A stretch of DNA of 64,000 nucleotides from Candidatus Latescibacterota bacterium (GTDB lineage Bacteria > Latescibacterota > UBA2968 > UBA8231): NCBI GenBank assembly GCA_965217585.1, contig OZ244561.1, forward strand, positions 2,080,001-2,144,000, written 5' to 3'. The position numbers and the translations under genes are program-made. Positions 18,756 to 27,730 of the stretch are shown piece after piece. Positions within the stretch are counted from its first letter, which is position 1, and each line of letters starts with the position of its first letter. The notes under the pieces were generated by a model, which did no database searches, was not told where the DNA came from, and worked only from the letters and a program-made list of their open reading frames with translations.

Positions 18756-19705
18756 GCATCGCCACCTTATTGAACCGTCCCGGAGCCGGCGTCGCCTTGT
18801 TATTGATGTTCTACCTCTTGGTCGCCGTGCTCTTCAGCGTACTCTCGCCTTGGTTTTTGTCCTTCGACAACATGGTGAGCATCGGGGCCAATATGGCCTT
18901 TATCGGCTTGATGTGCGCGTTGCAAACGCCGCTGATCATCGCCGGGGGCCTCGATCTGTCGGTGGCGGCAGTGGCCGGGCTGGCCGGGGTCGTCGTCGCG
19001 CTACTTCACGCCTCGGGCGTCGGCATTGTCGCCGCCTGTCTCATCGCGCTGGCACTGGGTGGGGGCATCGGACTGCTCAACGGCCTGTTGGCCGTACGCC
19101 TCGGGCTCAACCCGCTGATCGCCACCATGGGCACGATGAGCGTCATCGGTGGGCTGGCCCTAGTCCTGACCGGCGGGCTAACCAAACCGCTGATGGAACC
19201 CGGTTTCAACTGGCTCGGCAGTGGTCAGCTTTTGCGGCTGCCGGTGCCGCTGGTGTTGATGCTGCTGGTCTATGGCGCACTCGGTTGGGTGCTCGCGCGG
19301 ACTCGCTTCGGTCGCTTCGTCTATGCCGCAGGCAGCAACGCCGAAGCCAGTCGGCTGGTCGGCGTTCCCGTCGCTCGGACCCTGATGATCCTCTACGTCC
19401 TCTCCGGCCTCAGCGGAGCAGTCAGCGGTCTAATCCTCGCGGCCATGCTCTACGCGGCGGCACCCGACGCGGCGGGGCAGCATCTGTTGACGGTGATCGC
19501 CGCTGTGATCTTGGGCGGCACGAGTCTCTTCGGGGGGCGCGGCACGGTGTGGGGGACCTTGTTGGCGGTGCTCTTGCTGGGCACCCTCAACAACGGGCTG
19601 ACGCTGATGGATGTGTCTAGCTTCTGGCAGGATGTAACGCGCGGCGCAGTGCTCCTGTTGGCCGTCGGCCTCGACCAAGTTCGCACCCGCGCCGTGGGCG
19701 CTTAG
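18752..19705 (+). CDS. Sugar ABC transporter permease (RbsC-like)
   Basis: GGLDLSV, TRFGRFVYAAGSNAEASRLVG and IAAVILGGTSLFGGRG; ATGA overlap. Confidence 0.95.
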   Translation: MSIATLLNRPGAGVALLLMFYLLVAVLFSVLSPWFLSFDNMVSIGANMAFIGLMCALQTPLIIAGGLDLSVAAVAGLAGVVVALLHASGVGIVAACLIALALGGGIGLLNGLLAVRLGLNPLIATMGTMSVIGGLALVLTGGLTKPLMEPGFNWLGSGQLLRLPVPLVLMLLVYGALGWVLARTRFGRFVYAAGSNAEASRLVGVPVARTLMILYVLSGLSGAVSGLILAAMLYAAAPDAAGQHLLTVIAAVILGGTSLFGGRGTVWGTLLAVLLLGTLNNGLTLMDVSSFWQDVTRGAVLLLAVGLDQVRTRAVGA

Positions 19706-19734
19706 CTCGACTTTATCCCTTCAAGTAGCATATT

Positions 19735-20694
19735 TCAAAATAGGTATGCCGCACTTTCAAGAAAACTACGACGTTTGTTTACGTCTGTAATGCAATCTGC
19801 AAAACGATGAGCGCCATAGAGAATCTTCAACCGATGTTCATCGCCACCGCCATCTTTTATGGTGATTTCCTCACGCCAGTAGTCCGATGTACGAGGATCG
19901 TGCTCCGATTTCACGGAGTATCTGTTTTCAGCTTGCGGGAATTTCGGAAGGCTCAACCACAACTCAATATGTTGCTGATGAGCTGTCATCCCTTTATGCG
20001 CCAATGAAGAATACCCCAATGCCTGCAGATCCAATAGAGCTACGGCATGATTTATGATATGGATCGGTCCACCAACGCCTCTTTTGGTGAAGTTGTCTGG
20101 TACGACATAGCGGGATACTGCATCGATCATGTCGACATAGCTCTCATAGGGATGATCGACCAGTTCTTGAGCTACTGAGAACTCACGGGGGTCTGCTAAT
20201 TTCTCATTACCTGGTACATGTGCCCATCCCGGCCCCCGTCCCTCAAAAGCTTTGAGCAAGTCATTGATACCTTCTATAATCGCAGGAAATGCATACTGTG
20301 GTGCAGCATGTAGTGCCTTTAGAGCTAAGGACGCGAAGATAGTATTGTGTCCTGAATCCCGACATTCGGTGATACTTGGCTCAAGTGCAGCGGCAACAGA
20401 TGGTATTAGATCCGCGTTTGGTCTCTGATCTAGTTCGGTCGAGAAAAAAATCTCATTGGTTGAAGATTCCCCATCCCTGCTGAACCAGATTGACTCTGAG
20501 TTGACCATGCGTTTCACGAGATCATAGACTTCGGCCTGAACCTCGGTTGAGAGGGCATTCTCAACACAAAAAAAATATGCAGCCAACATCGCAGCCGCTG
20601 GATGGGCGGACATACGATTCTTACTGATTGCCCGGCTCATACCAATGAGCCCTTTAAGCAAAAACTCATCTACGATACTAGTCTTGCTATTCAT
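19735..20694 (-). CDS. Hypothetical His-rich helical protein, lower GC, cassette-like
   Basis: 319-aa ORF with AAGGAG RBS and motifs SAHPAAA, SGHNTIFASLALKAL, HIINHA, AHQQH and EHRLK. I do not recognise a named family. Confidence 0.75.
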   Translation of the reverse strand: MNSKTSIVDEFLLKGLIGMSRAISKNRMSAHPAAAMLAAYFFCVENALSTEVQAEVYDLVKRMVNSESIWFSRDGESSTNEIFFSTELDQRPNADLIPSVAAALEPSITECRDSGHNTIFASLALKALHAAPQYAFPAIIEGINDLLKAFEGRGPGWAHVPGNEKLADPREFSVAQELVDHPYESYVDMIDAVSRYVVPDNFTKRGVGGPIHIINHAVALLDLQALGYSSLAHKGMTAHQQHIELWLSLPKFPQAENRYSVKSEHDPRTSDYWREEITIKDGGGDEHRLKILYGAHRFADCITDVNKRRSFLESAAYLF

Positions 20695-20791
20695 GGAAGA
20701 CTCCTTCCTAATAACCGAACGGCGAATATATGGTACCTCTACTTCATTGCGGTGATATGTTGCTTGTACGCTGATGCTTTTTCCCCGTTTC

Positions 20792-20873
20792 TTCTAACGT
20801 TTCAGTGCCCCCGAACCGCGAAGCGGTTGGGCGAAGGGGCTTTTGCCCCGAAGCCGGGGGCACGGTGTTAGAG
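20792..20873 (-). mobile_element. Integron attC-like recombination site
   Basis: Minus strand reads CTCTAAC ... GTTAGAA, with inner arms gtgccccc/gggggcac and hairpins in the centre; lies 12 nt after the stop of the upstream gene. Confidence 0.7.
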
Positions 20874-20885
20874 GCTGTGCGCCAC

Positions 20886-21470
20886 TCAGATTTCCCAGTT
20901 CGACACATATGATCGGCTCTTAAGTCGCTCCGCAAGCTCAGTCAGTACAGATAGCGACCTGTTTAACCTGGCCGTAGTTGCGTCGTCGAGTTCGCCTCCC
21001 TCAACCCAATTACCGCCGTGGGCATACACATTATACGGGCTGATAATGCACTTGAAATCCAGCATGAGGGACGTTGCCAGCGAAGCAAACGCCATATAGC
21101 TGTGCGGCAACCCACCCGCATTGACAAACATCACTACCTTGTCGTAGAAAGCTCCTCTGATCGACCCGCCTGGTGGCGTGGAGCCTATATACTCGACAAA
21201 TTTCTTGAGTTCAGAGCAGCACGCCCAGTTGTATACTGGACTAGCCAATATTACGGCATCAGAGACTGAAATGACCCTGTGGCACGATTGGTACACCTCG
21301 GATGAATAGATCTCGTCGTCGTCGAAATTTGGCGGATCAAGTTGTCGAAGATCGATGAAGTCCACAGAAATGCCCTTGTCCTCCAGGGCGGTCCGACACA
21401 TGGCAGCAAGCACTCTACTGTGACTGTCAGCATTGAGACTGCTGCTGACGACTGAAATCCTCATCTGCAC
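20886..21470 (-). CDS. NADPH-dependent FMN reductase family flavoprotein, lower GC
   Basis: Flavodoxin fold: VVSSSLN..SR, FIDLR, SDAVILASPVYNW..LKKFVE and DKVVMFVNAGG. Confidence 0.85.
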   Translation of the reverse strand: MQMRISVVSSSLNADSHSRVLAAMCRTALEDKGISVDFIDLRQLDPPNFDDDEIYSSEVYQSCHRVISVSDAVILASPVYNWACCSELKKFVEYIGSTPPGGSIRGAFYDKVVMFVNAGGLPHSYMAFASLATSLMLDFKCIISPYNVYAHGGNWVEGGELDDATTARLNRSLSVLTELAERLKSRSYVSNWEI

Positions 21471-21623
21471 CTTTCTTCTCTTCTAGATCGGGCCACCTCG
21501 CATGGCCTATCGGTCGGATTTCCACCTGTTTGACCCGCCCCCCTTGCCGATGTCCGCTTATTTTGCGCGTTCATGCTATTGCTCCTTGCAAATGAGTTTG
21601 TTCTGCCCGCTACTCAAATTAGC

Positions 21624-21657
21624 AAAAAAAAAGGCCCTCCGAATCGCTCGAAGGACC
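21624..21657 (-). terminator. Rho-independent terminator after the response regulator
   Basis: Minus strand ggtccttcga-gcgat-tcggagggcc followed by T9. Confidence 0.8.
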
Positions 21658-21719
21658 AGTCTGGAGGTCCGCAATAAGGCCAGAACATGACCTGTCCCAA
21701 AGGACAGTCTAGCGCTAAT

Positions 21720-22361
21720 TCACACTGTAATAAGCCCTTGTTGTGCAGCCAAAGCCACGGCTTCGGTGCGGTTGCCGGCCCCCAGCTTGCGCATCAGGGA
21801 GCTGACGTGAAACTTGGCGGTGCGCTCACCAATGTGGAGGACTGCGGCGATTTCCTTGTTCTGCAAGCCCTTGGCCAAGAGTTCGAGCACTTCCCGTTCC
21901 CGCGGCGTCAACCCACCCGGTGCGCCCCCCTTGCCACTGACCTGGCCGAGCAAGCGCGCGGCGACCACCGGCTGCAAGAGCGACCCCCCGGCATAGACTA
22001 TGCGAATGGCCTGAAAAACCTCTTCCCGCGGCGCGCTCTTGAGCAGATAGCCTTGCGCCCCGGCCTGCACGGCGCGCAAAATCCGGTCATCGGTTGCAAA
22101 AATGGTAAAGACGATGACTTTGTTGGGCAGCCCCTTCTGCGCCAATTCCTCCAAGGCCGCCAAGCCGTCGGTACCGGGCATTTCCAGATCCATCAGCACC
22201 ACGTCGGGATTCAGCGTCTCGATCTGGCGCACGGCTTCAGCCCCATCGCCAGCTTCCCCGACGACCGCAAAATCCACTTGAGTCTCCAGCATTGCCGCCA
22301 GACCAGCCCGCACTACCGGATGATCGTCGACCAGCAAAATGCGTATCTCAGTTTCCGCCAT
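21720..22361 (-). CDS. NarL/LuxR-family response regulator
   Basis: LVDDHPVVRAGL, LMDLEMP, GYLLK and LTPREREVL..NKEIA HTH. Confidence 0.95.
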   Translation of the reverse strand: MAETEIRILLVDDHPVVRAGLAAMLETQVDFAVVGEAGDGAEAVRQIETLNPDVVLMDLEMPGTDGLAALEELAQKGLPNKVIVFTIFATDDRILRAVQAGAQGYLLKSAPREEVFQAIRIVYAGGSLLQPVVAARLLGQVSGKGGAPGGLTPREREVLELLAKGLQNKEIAAVLHIGERTAKFHVSSLMRKLGAGNRTEAVALAAQQGLITV

Positions 22362-23505
22362 CCGCCTCCAGGGGAATGACCGCGGCAATGCGCGTCCCCT
22401 GCCCCGGTTTACTCTCCACATTTAAGCGCCCGCCCAAGAGTCGCGCCCGCTCGCCCAAGCCGACCAAGCCGAAGCGATCGCCCGACAACTGATCCGGCGC
22501 AAAACCCCGTCCATCGTCTGCGATCCGCAAGGTGGCTGCCGCTGGTGTAATCTCCAGTTCGAGGCGCACCCGCTGGGCGTTGGCGTGCTGCCGGACGTTG
22601 GCCAGGGCTTCCTGGGCGATGCGGTAGAGTCCAACCTCGACCCGCGACGGCAGGGGCCTAGCACCGACGATTTCGACCTCGACTTCGGGACCGGTGCCAG
22701 AAGACCCCAGTCCCTCTAACGCCTCCTCCAGCGAGCGCCCCTCTAAAGACGCAGCCCGCATGTCCGACACCGAGCGCCGCACTTCTTCGAGATTAGCCCG
22801 CACCATCGCCATGAGCTTATTCAAGATGCGCCGCAATTTTTCGCGCTTGGCACCGGCCTCAAAGAGTGCGTCCATCGCCTCTAGCTGCATCAGCACCCCC
22901 GCCTGGCCCTGGCCGAGGATGTCGTGGATTTCGCGGGCCAGCCGATTGCGCTCCTCTACCGCCCCTAGCTCTGCGCTCTGGTCGAAAAGACGCGCGCGCT
23001 CAATGGCGATACCGAGCATATCTCCGACCGTCTCCAACAGGCGCAAATCCTCTGTCGCAATCTCTTGCCAATCGCTGCTGACCACATTGAGCATCCCCAG
23101 CTTCTTTTCTTGGGCGTAGAGCGGCACGCTGGCATGGTGCTGCAATCCCGCCGTCCCCGCGGTCCGGCCGTCGAGCCGACTGCAAACGACGGCGTTGACG
23201 TTGGCCGCTCCCTGCAAGTCGCCCTTGCGGAAGGTGCTAAGGCAATAGCAGTCGCCTTCCATGCTGCGGGGATCGTCCGCCAAGGCTGGGGGCAAATTGC
23301 GCGCGGCGGCCAAATAACTTTTTCCGCTCTCCTCGTCGAGCAACCAAATCCATCCGGTCTGCAAGTCAAAATGCGCAGTGATCTGTTCCAAAGCCACGGC
23401 CAAGGCTGCGGATAGCTCCGCCGAGCCGTTGAGTTGATGGGCAATGGTGTTGAGAATGGTCAACTCGCGATTGCGCTGTGCGAGTGCAGCGATGGGTTGT
23501 TCCAT
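22348..23505 (-). CDS. GAF-domain sensor histidine kinase (HisKA_3), cytoplasmic
   Basis: N-terminal GAF, EERNRLAREIHD, QEALANVRQHA, DDGRGF and GLVGLGERA; no TM helices. Confidence 0.92.
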   Translation of the reverse strand: MEQPIAALAQRNRELTILNTIAHQLNGSAELSAALAVALEQITAHFDLQTGWIWLLDEESGKSYLAAARNLPPALADDPRSMEGDCYCLSTFRKGDLQGAANVNAVVCSRLDGRTAGTAGLQHHASVPLYAQEKKLGMLNVVSSDWQEIATEDLRLLETVGDMLGIAIERARLFDQSAELGAVEERNRLAREIHDILGQGQAGVLMQLEAMDALFEAGAKREKLRRILNKLMAMVRANLEEVRRSVSDMRAASLEGRSLEEALEGLGSSGTGPEVEVEIVGARPLPSRVEVGLYRIAQEALANVRQHANAQRVRLELEITPAAATLRIADDGRGFAPDQLSGDRFGLVGLGERARLLGGRLNVESKPGQGTRIAAVIPLEADGGN

Positions 23506-23590
23506 GTAATCTCACATCTGCGTTCATCTGCGGATACGTTACCGTCGGGCGACAGCCGATAGGGGTTTTGAGACAGCTTCTTAGGCGGGC

Positions 23591-24472
23591 TTATCTCGGA
23601 TCTTCGACCGTATCGCCCTGCCGGTACGAGCCCAAGATGCGGACGAATGCGGTGGTCTCCTGGAGCTGCTCCACGGCTTGGGCGCAAGCCGCCTGCCCCA
23701 AGTGGCCCTCTAAATCGAGATAGAAGACGTATTCCCAAGGCCGCTCGGCCATGGGCCGCGACTCGATTTTGAGCAGGTTGATGCCGCGCTCGGCAAAGGC
23801 CGCGAGGCTCCGGCACAGCGCGCCCGGCACGTCCTTTAGCCCAAAGACGAGCGTAGCTTTCCACGCCTGAAGGCGCGGTGAAGCGGCTGGCGCGGTCGGT
23901 GCTGGCGCGGCGCGGCGGCTCACCACCAAGAAGCGGGTAAAATTGTGTGTGGCGTCCTCAATGCCGGGGACGAGGATCTCCATCCCGTACGCGGTCGCCG
24001 CTTGCGCCCCGGCTATGGCCGCTCGGTCGCGCGCGCCGCTGGCGGCCAGTTCTTTGACCGCTCCGGCCGTATCCTCCGCCGCTATCGTCTGAGCACTTGC
24101 CAACGAGTCGATGAAGTGAGTGCATTGGGCCAAGGCGGGCGGCTGCGACGCGATGTAGCGGATGTCCGCTAGCTGCACACCTCGGTTGACGATGAGGTTG
24201 TGAACGATGCGCAGCTTGAGTTCGCCGACGATGTGCACATCGCTCTGCAGCAGCAGGTCGTAGTTCTCGTGGATGCTGCCCATCAGCGAGTTCTCGATCG
24301 GCACGACTCCGCAAGCGCAAGACCCGTCTTCCACTGAGGCGAAAAGCGCCTTGAAATCGGGCTGTGACACCAGTTGTGTCTCTGGGGAAAAATAGGCCCG
24401 CGCGGCCGCCTCACTGAACGACCCGGCGTGTCCTTGGATAGCCACAGGACCGCATATCTCTGCTTGTTTCAT
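23591..24472 (-). CDS. pheA: Prephenate dehydratase with ACT domain
   Basis: GSFSEAA, VVPIENS, ALAQC, NFTRF and INLLKIESRP..WEYVFYLD. Confidence 0.95.
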   Translation of the reverse strand: MKQAEICGPVAIQGHAGSFSEAAARAYFSPETQLVSQPDFKALFASVEDGSCACGVVPIENSLMGSIHENYDLLLQSDVHIVGELKLRIVHNLIVNRGVQLADIRYIASQPPALAQCTHFIDSLASAQTIAAEDTAGAVKELAASGARDRAAIAGAQAATAYGMEILVPGIEDATHNFTRFLVVSRRAAPAPTAPAASPRLQAWKATLVFGLKDVPGALCRSLAAFAERGINLLKIESRPMAERPWEYVFYLDLEGHLGQAACAQAVEQLQETTAFVRILGSYRQGDTVEDPR

Positions 24473-24476
24473 ACGC

Positions 24477-25106
24477 TCACGCGCTCAATTCTGCTTCACG
24501 GGCTGATTTGGACATTTGCTGGTCGTATTCCTTTTTCCATTTCACATAGCCGAAGACGATGATAACCAGATACGCGACAAACAACAAAGCGGTAAGGTAA
24601 AGCCCTCGGCTGTAGTAGAGATAAACCGAGACGCTGTCGATGACGAACCAGTACCCCCAATTCTCCAAAATCTTCTTGGTCACCATATAGGTCGTCACCA
24701 CCGCATACCAAGTGGTGAAGGCATCGACGTAAGGCAATGCCGCCGTTGTGTTTTCGCTCAAAAGATACCCGGACGTCACCACAATAGCACCCGTCGTAGC
24801 AATGACCACACTGTGCTTTTTGAGCGACCAAGTAGAAATGGGCAGTGTTGAGGATTGATCGGTGGGCCGCCATTGGTACCAGCCATAGACCGCCATGCCC
24901 AAGTAGTAAATCTGTAGGGCCGACTCTAGGAACAGATTGACGTCGAAGAAGACGTAGACGTAGATCGCGGTGCTGACGAAAGCCGCTGCCCAACACCAGA
25001 TGTTTTCCCGCGCCGCCAGCACCAAGTAGAGAATGGCCAAGACGACAGCCGGCACCTCCCACCAAGAGGTCAATTCCAGCGCTTGGAGTATTGCAGGGGG
25101 TTCCAT
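24477..25106 (-). CDS. pnuC: Nicotinamide riboside transporter PnuC family
   Basis: ARENIWCW, YGWYQW, PYVDAFTT and KKILENWGYWFVIDSVS. Confidence 0.92.
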   Translation of the reverse strand: MEPPAILQALELTSWWEVPAVVLAILYLVLAARENIWCWAAAFVSTAIYVYVFFDVNLFLESALQIYYLGMAVYGWYQWRPTDQSSTLPISTWSLKKHSVVIATTGAIVVTSGYLLSENTTAALPYVDAFTTWYAVVTTYMVTKKILENWGYWFVIDSVSVYLYYSRGLYLTALLFVAYLVIIVFGYVKWKKEYDQQMSKSAREAELSA

Positions 25107-25246
25107 TTTAGATGCACCAGCGTTCGCTTGGGCCGTTGTGCTGTCCTGCGAGCATGTTATTTCCTTTGGCGCGGTTGCGTGTCTCGTGGGTTCTGCCCAG
25201 TATATCGCATCAGCTTACATTAAATTGCAATTGACGGGAGCGATTC

Positions 25247-26029
25247 ATGCACCAGATCACCGACGCCCAAAAGCAGCAATTCAAAGAAGAGGGCTATTTC
25301 ATCCTCGAAAACGCCATCCCCGCCCACCACCTCGATCTCCTGCGCGGCGAATGCCAAGACTTCATCGACAAAGCCAACGCCCGGATGGACGCCGAGGGCA
25401 CGGATACCTTGGGTCTCAATCACCGCAACAGCCGCTACTTTGTCTCCAACTGCTTCCGCGAGCAGCCGCGCCTGCGCGAGTTTCTCTTCAGCCCCCTAAT
25501 GGCCGCAATCTGCCAAGCCACCCTAGGCGACGACGCCTACTTGTTCTGGGAGCAATACGTAGTCAAGGGTGCCGAAGCTGGCATGAAGTTCTCTTGGCAC
25601 CAAGACTCGGGCTACGTCGGCTACCCGGATCACAAGCCGTATCTAACCTGTTGGTGCGCCCTCGACGACATGTCCGAGGCCAACGGCACCGTCCACTTGC
25701 TGCCTTTTTCGCGCTCGGGCATTCGCTCTTGGGTCAAGCACATCCGCGAGGAGGAGAGCAACGATTTGATTGGCTACTTCGGCAGCGACCCCGGCGTCTC
25801 GGTCGTCGCTCCGGCTGGCAGCATTGCCGTCTTCACCAGCTACAACTTCCACTCCAGCGGCACCAACACCACCAATCAGATGCGCCGCGTGTACTTGGCC
25901 CAGTACTCCTGCGAGCCGATGACCTCGGCAGACGGCAGCAAACTCTGGGGGAATGCCGAGCCTTTTCTCAAGGCAGGTGAGTTGGTCGTCGGTCAGCCGC
26001 CGCCCGAGATCACCAAGTCCGCTCCTTGA
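25247..26029 (+). CDS. PhyH family dioxygenase
   Basis: FSWHQDSGY, CWCALDD..NG and FHSSGTN..RR. Confidence 0.9.
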   Translation: MHQITDAQKQQFKEEGYFILENAIPAHHLDLLRGECQDFIDKANARMDAEGTDTLGLNHRNSRYFVSNCFREQPRLREFLFSPLMAAICQATLGDDAYLFWEQYVVKGAEAGMKFSWHQDSGYVGYPDHKPYLTCWCALDDMSEANGTVHLLPFSRSGIRSWVKHIREEESNDLIGYFGSDPGVSVVAPAGSIAVFTSYNFHSSGTNTTNQMRRVYLAQYSCEPMTSADGSKLWGNAEPFLKAGELVVGQPPPEITKSAP

Positions 26030-26891
26030 GCAGCTCTTGGATGGCGGCACGCGATACGGGCAGCTCGTCGATGTGACTCTCTAGCCAGCGCGAGAAGTCC
26101 ACCTCAATGGGGTCGGACCAGCGGGTATCGATCTGGCCGGGCGTGTATTTGCCCTCGGTCAGGCGCTGTTTGCCAAAGCGGTCGCGGAGCGCGATCAGCT
26201 CGGAGGTCTTGACCACCTGTTCGGCTATATGAGGCGGTATGAAGACGACGCCATCGTCGCGGCCGAGGACTACGTCGCCGGGCATGACCGTGGCGCCGCC
26301 AATGCGCACCGGGCAGTTGACCCCGGCCAGCATGATGGTGGGAGAGGCAAAGGTGGGGTGAAAGCCGCGCACGAAACTGGTGAAATTGGGTAGCTCTTGG
26401 ATGCCGTCGATATCGCGGACGGCCGCGTCGTGGACCACTCCGTTGCCCGAATTGGCGTAGATAGCGGTGGCGAGGTTGTCGCCAATGACGGCACCTTGGT
26501 CGATCTTGCCGAATACGTCGGCCACGTACACGTCCCCAGGCACCAACATATCAATAGGCCACGAGATCTGGTCGCCAATGCAACCGGCCCGCTCCCCTTT
26601 CTCTTCCATGACCCGACGCATGACGGGCCGCCGCGGCATATACGCGGCCGTCAGGGCGCGGCCCACCAGCACTTGGCCGGGATGCGTGCAAATCCAGCCG
26701 TCTTCGTACTGCCAGTTATAGCCGGGGCTGCGCAAGACGCCCCAAGCTTGGGTAATGCTGACGTTGTGCATGCGCGCGAGGATGTCGTCGGGCACCTTGG
26801 GGCGGCCGTCGGCAAAGCGCTCGCCCTCCCACTCCGGGGTGTACTCGATCAGCTCTTCTGGGGACATGTTCAAAGGGGCAAATTTTTCCAT
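26010..26891 (-). CDS. RraA/HMG-aldolase-like protein
   Basis: GERFADGRPKVPD, IGDNL, AVRDIDGI and PVRIGGATVMPGDVVLG.DDGVVFIP. Confidence 0.85.
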   Translation of the reverse strand: MEKFAPLNMSPEELIEYTPEWEGERFADGRPKVPDDILARMHNVSITQAWGVLRSPGYNWQYEDGWICTHPGQVLVGRALTAAYMPRRPVMRRVMEEKGERAGCIGDQISWPIDMLVPGDVYVADVFGKIDQGAVIGDNLATAIYANSGNGVVHDAAVRDIDGIQELPNFTSFVRGFHPTFASPTIMLAGVNCPVRIGGATVMPGDVVLGRDDGVVFIPPHIAEQVVKTSELIALRDRFGKQRLTEGKYTPGQIDTRWSDPIEVDFSRWLESHIDELPVSRAAIQELLKERTW

Positions 26892-26932
26892 AGCAGTGTT
26901 TTCTCGTCGTTGAAGTTTGCGCAGTGTCTTCC

Positions 26933-27727
26933 CTACTTTCCCTTCCACACCGGCTTCCGCTTCTCGGTGAATGCCTTCGGTCCTTCGACAAAGTCGTCCG
27001 ATTCATACATGCGCTCGGCCAGCGGAAAGCGCGTATTGACAGCCTCCCACAAAGGCAACTCCAACCCCCGCACAGCCGCCTCTTTCCCCGCCTGCAGGGC
27101 CAAGGGCGCAGACGCCAAAATCGCCTCCACCCACTGCTCTGCGGCCGCTTGCAGGCCCTCTGCTGGCACCACTTGGTTGACTAACCCAATCCGCCGCGCT
27201 TCCTCCGCCGATATGAGTTCGCCGGTCAGTATGAGCTGCATGGCAGCGCTCCACGGCAGCCGCCGGACCAGCTTGTGGATGCCCCCGGCGTCGGCCAGCA
27301 ATCCTCGCCGCGCCTCGGGCAACCCCAATTGCGCGTGCTCGGCCGCCACCACCAAATCGCACCCTAAGACCAGCTCCAACCCGCCGCCCACCGCATAGCC
27401 ATTGACCACGGCCAACAGCGGCTTATAGCAGTCGCGGCCCCGCTGGAAACCCCGCGCCGCCCCGCTGGCCTCGGCGCGGTTGTGGCTGCGCGCGGCCTCG
27501 CCTGCTTCAGCCCGCCACTTCAGGTCTGCGCCAGCGCAGAACGCCCGTGCGCCGTTGCCGGTCAAAACCCCGACCCAGACGCTGTCATCGTCGCGGATTC
27601 GTTCCCAAGCGTCGGCTAGTTCCTCGGCCATGGGTGGGTGTATGGCGTTGAGAACCTCGGGGCGGTTGAGGGTGACCGTGGCGACGTGGTCGCGCTGTTC
27701 GTAGCGGATGAACTCGTAGTGGGCCAT
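26933..27727 (-). CDS. Enoyl-CoA hydratase/isomerase (crotonase, CaiD-like)
   Basis: LNRPEVLNA, AFCAGADLK, VNGYAVGGGLE, GLPE and EGPKAFTEKRKPVWKG. Confidence 0.93.
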   Translation of the reverse strand: MAHYEFIRYEQRDHVATVTLNRPEVLNAIHPPMAEELADAWERIRDDDSVWVGVLTGNGARAFCAGADLKWRAEAGEAARSHNRAEASGAARGFQRGRDCYKPLLAVVNGYAVGGGLELVLGCDLVVAAEHAQLGLPEARRGLLADAGGIHKLVRRLPWSAAMQLILTGELISAEEARRIGLVNQVVPAEGLQAAAEQWVEAILASAPLALQAGKEAAVRGLELPLWEAVNTRFPLAERMYESDDFVEGPKAFTEKRKPVWKGK

Positions 27728-27730
27728 TGC

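Noticed and set aside
25107-25246. TPP or other riboswitch upstream of pnuC
   Set aside because: No CUGAGA/ACCUG/AGGGA-type core, and the gap is short and shared with a divergent gene.
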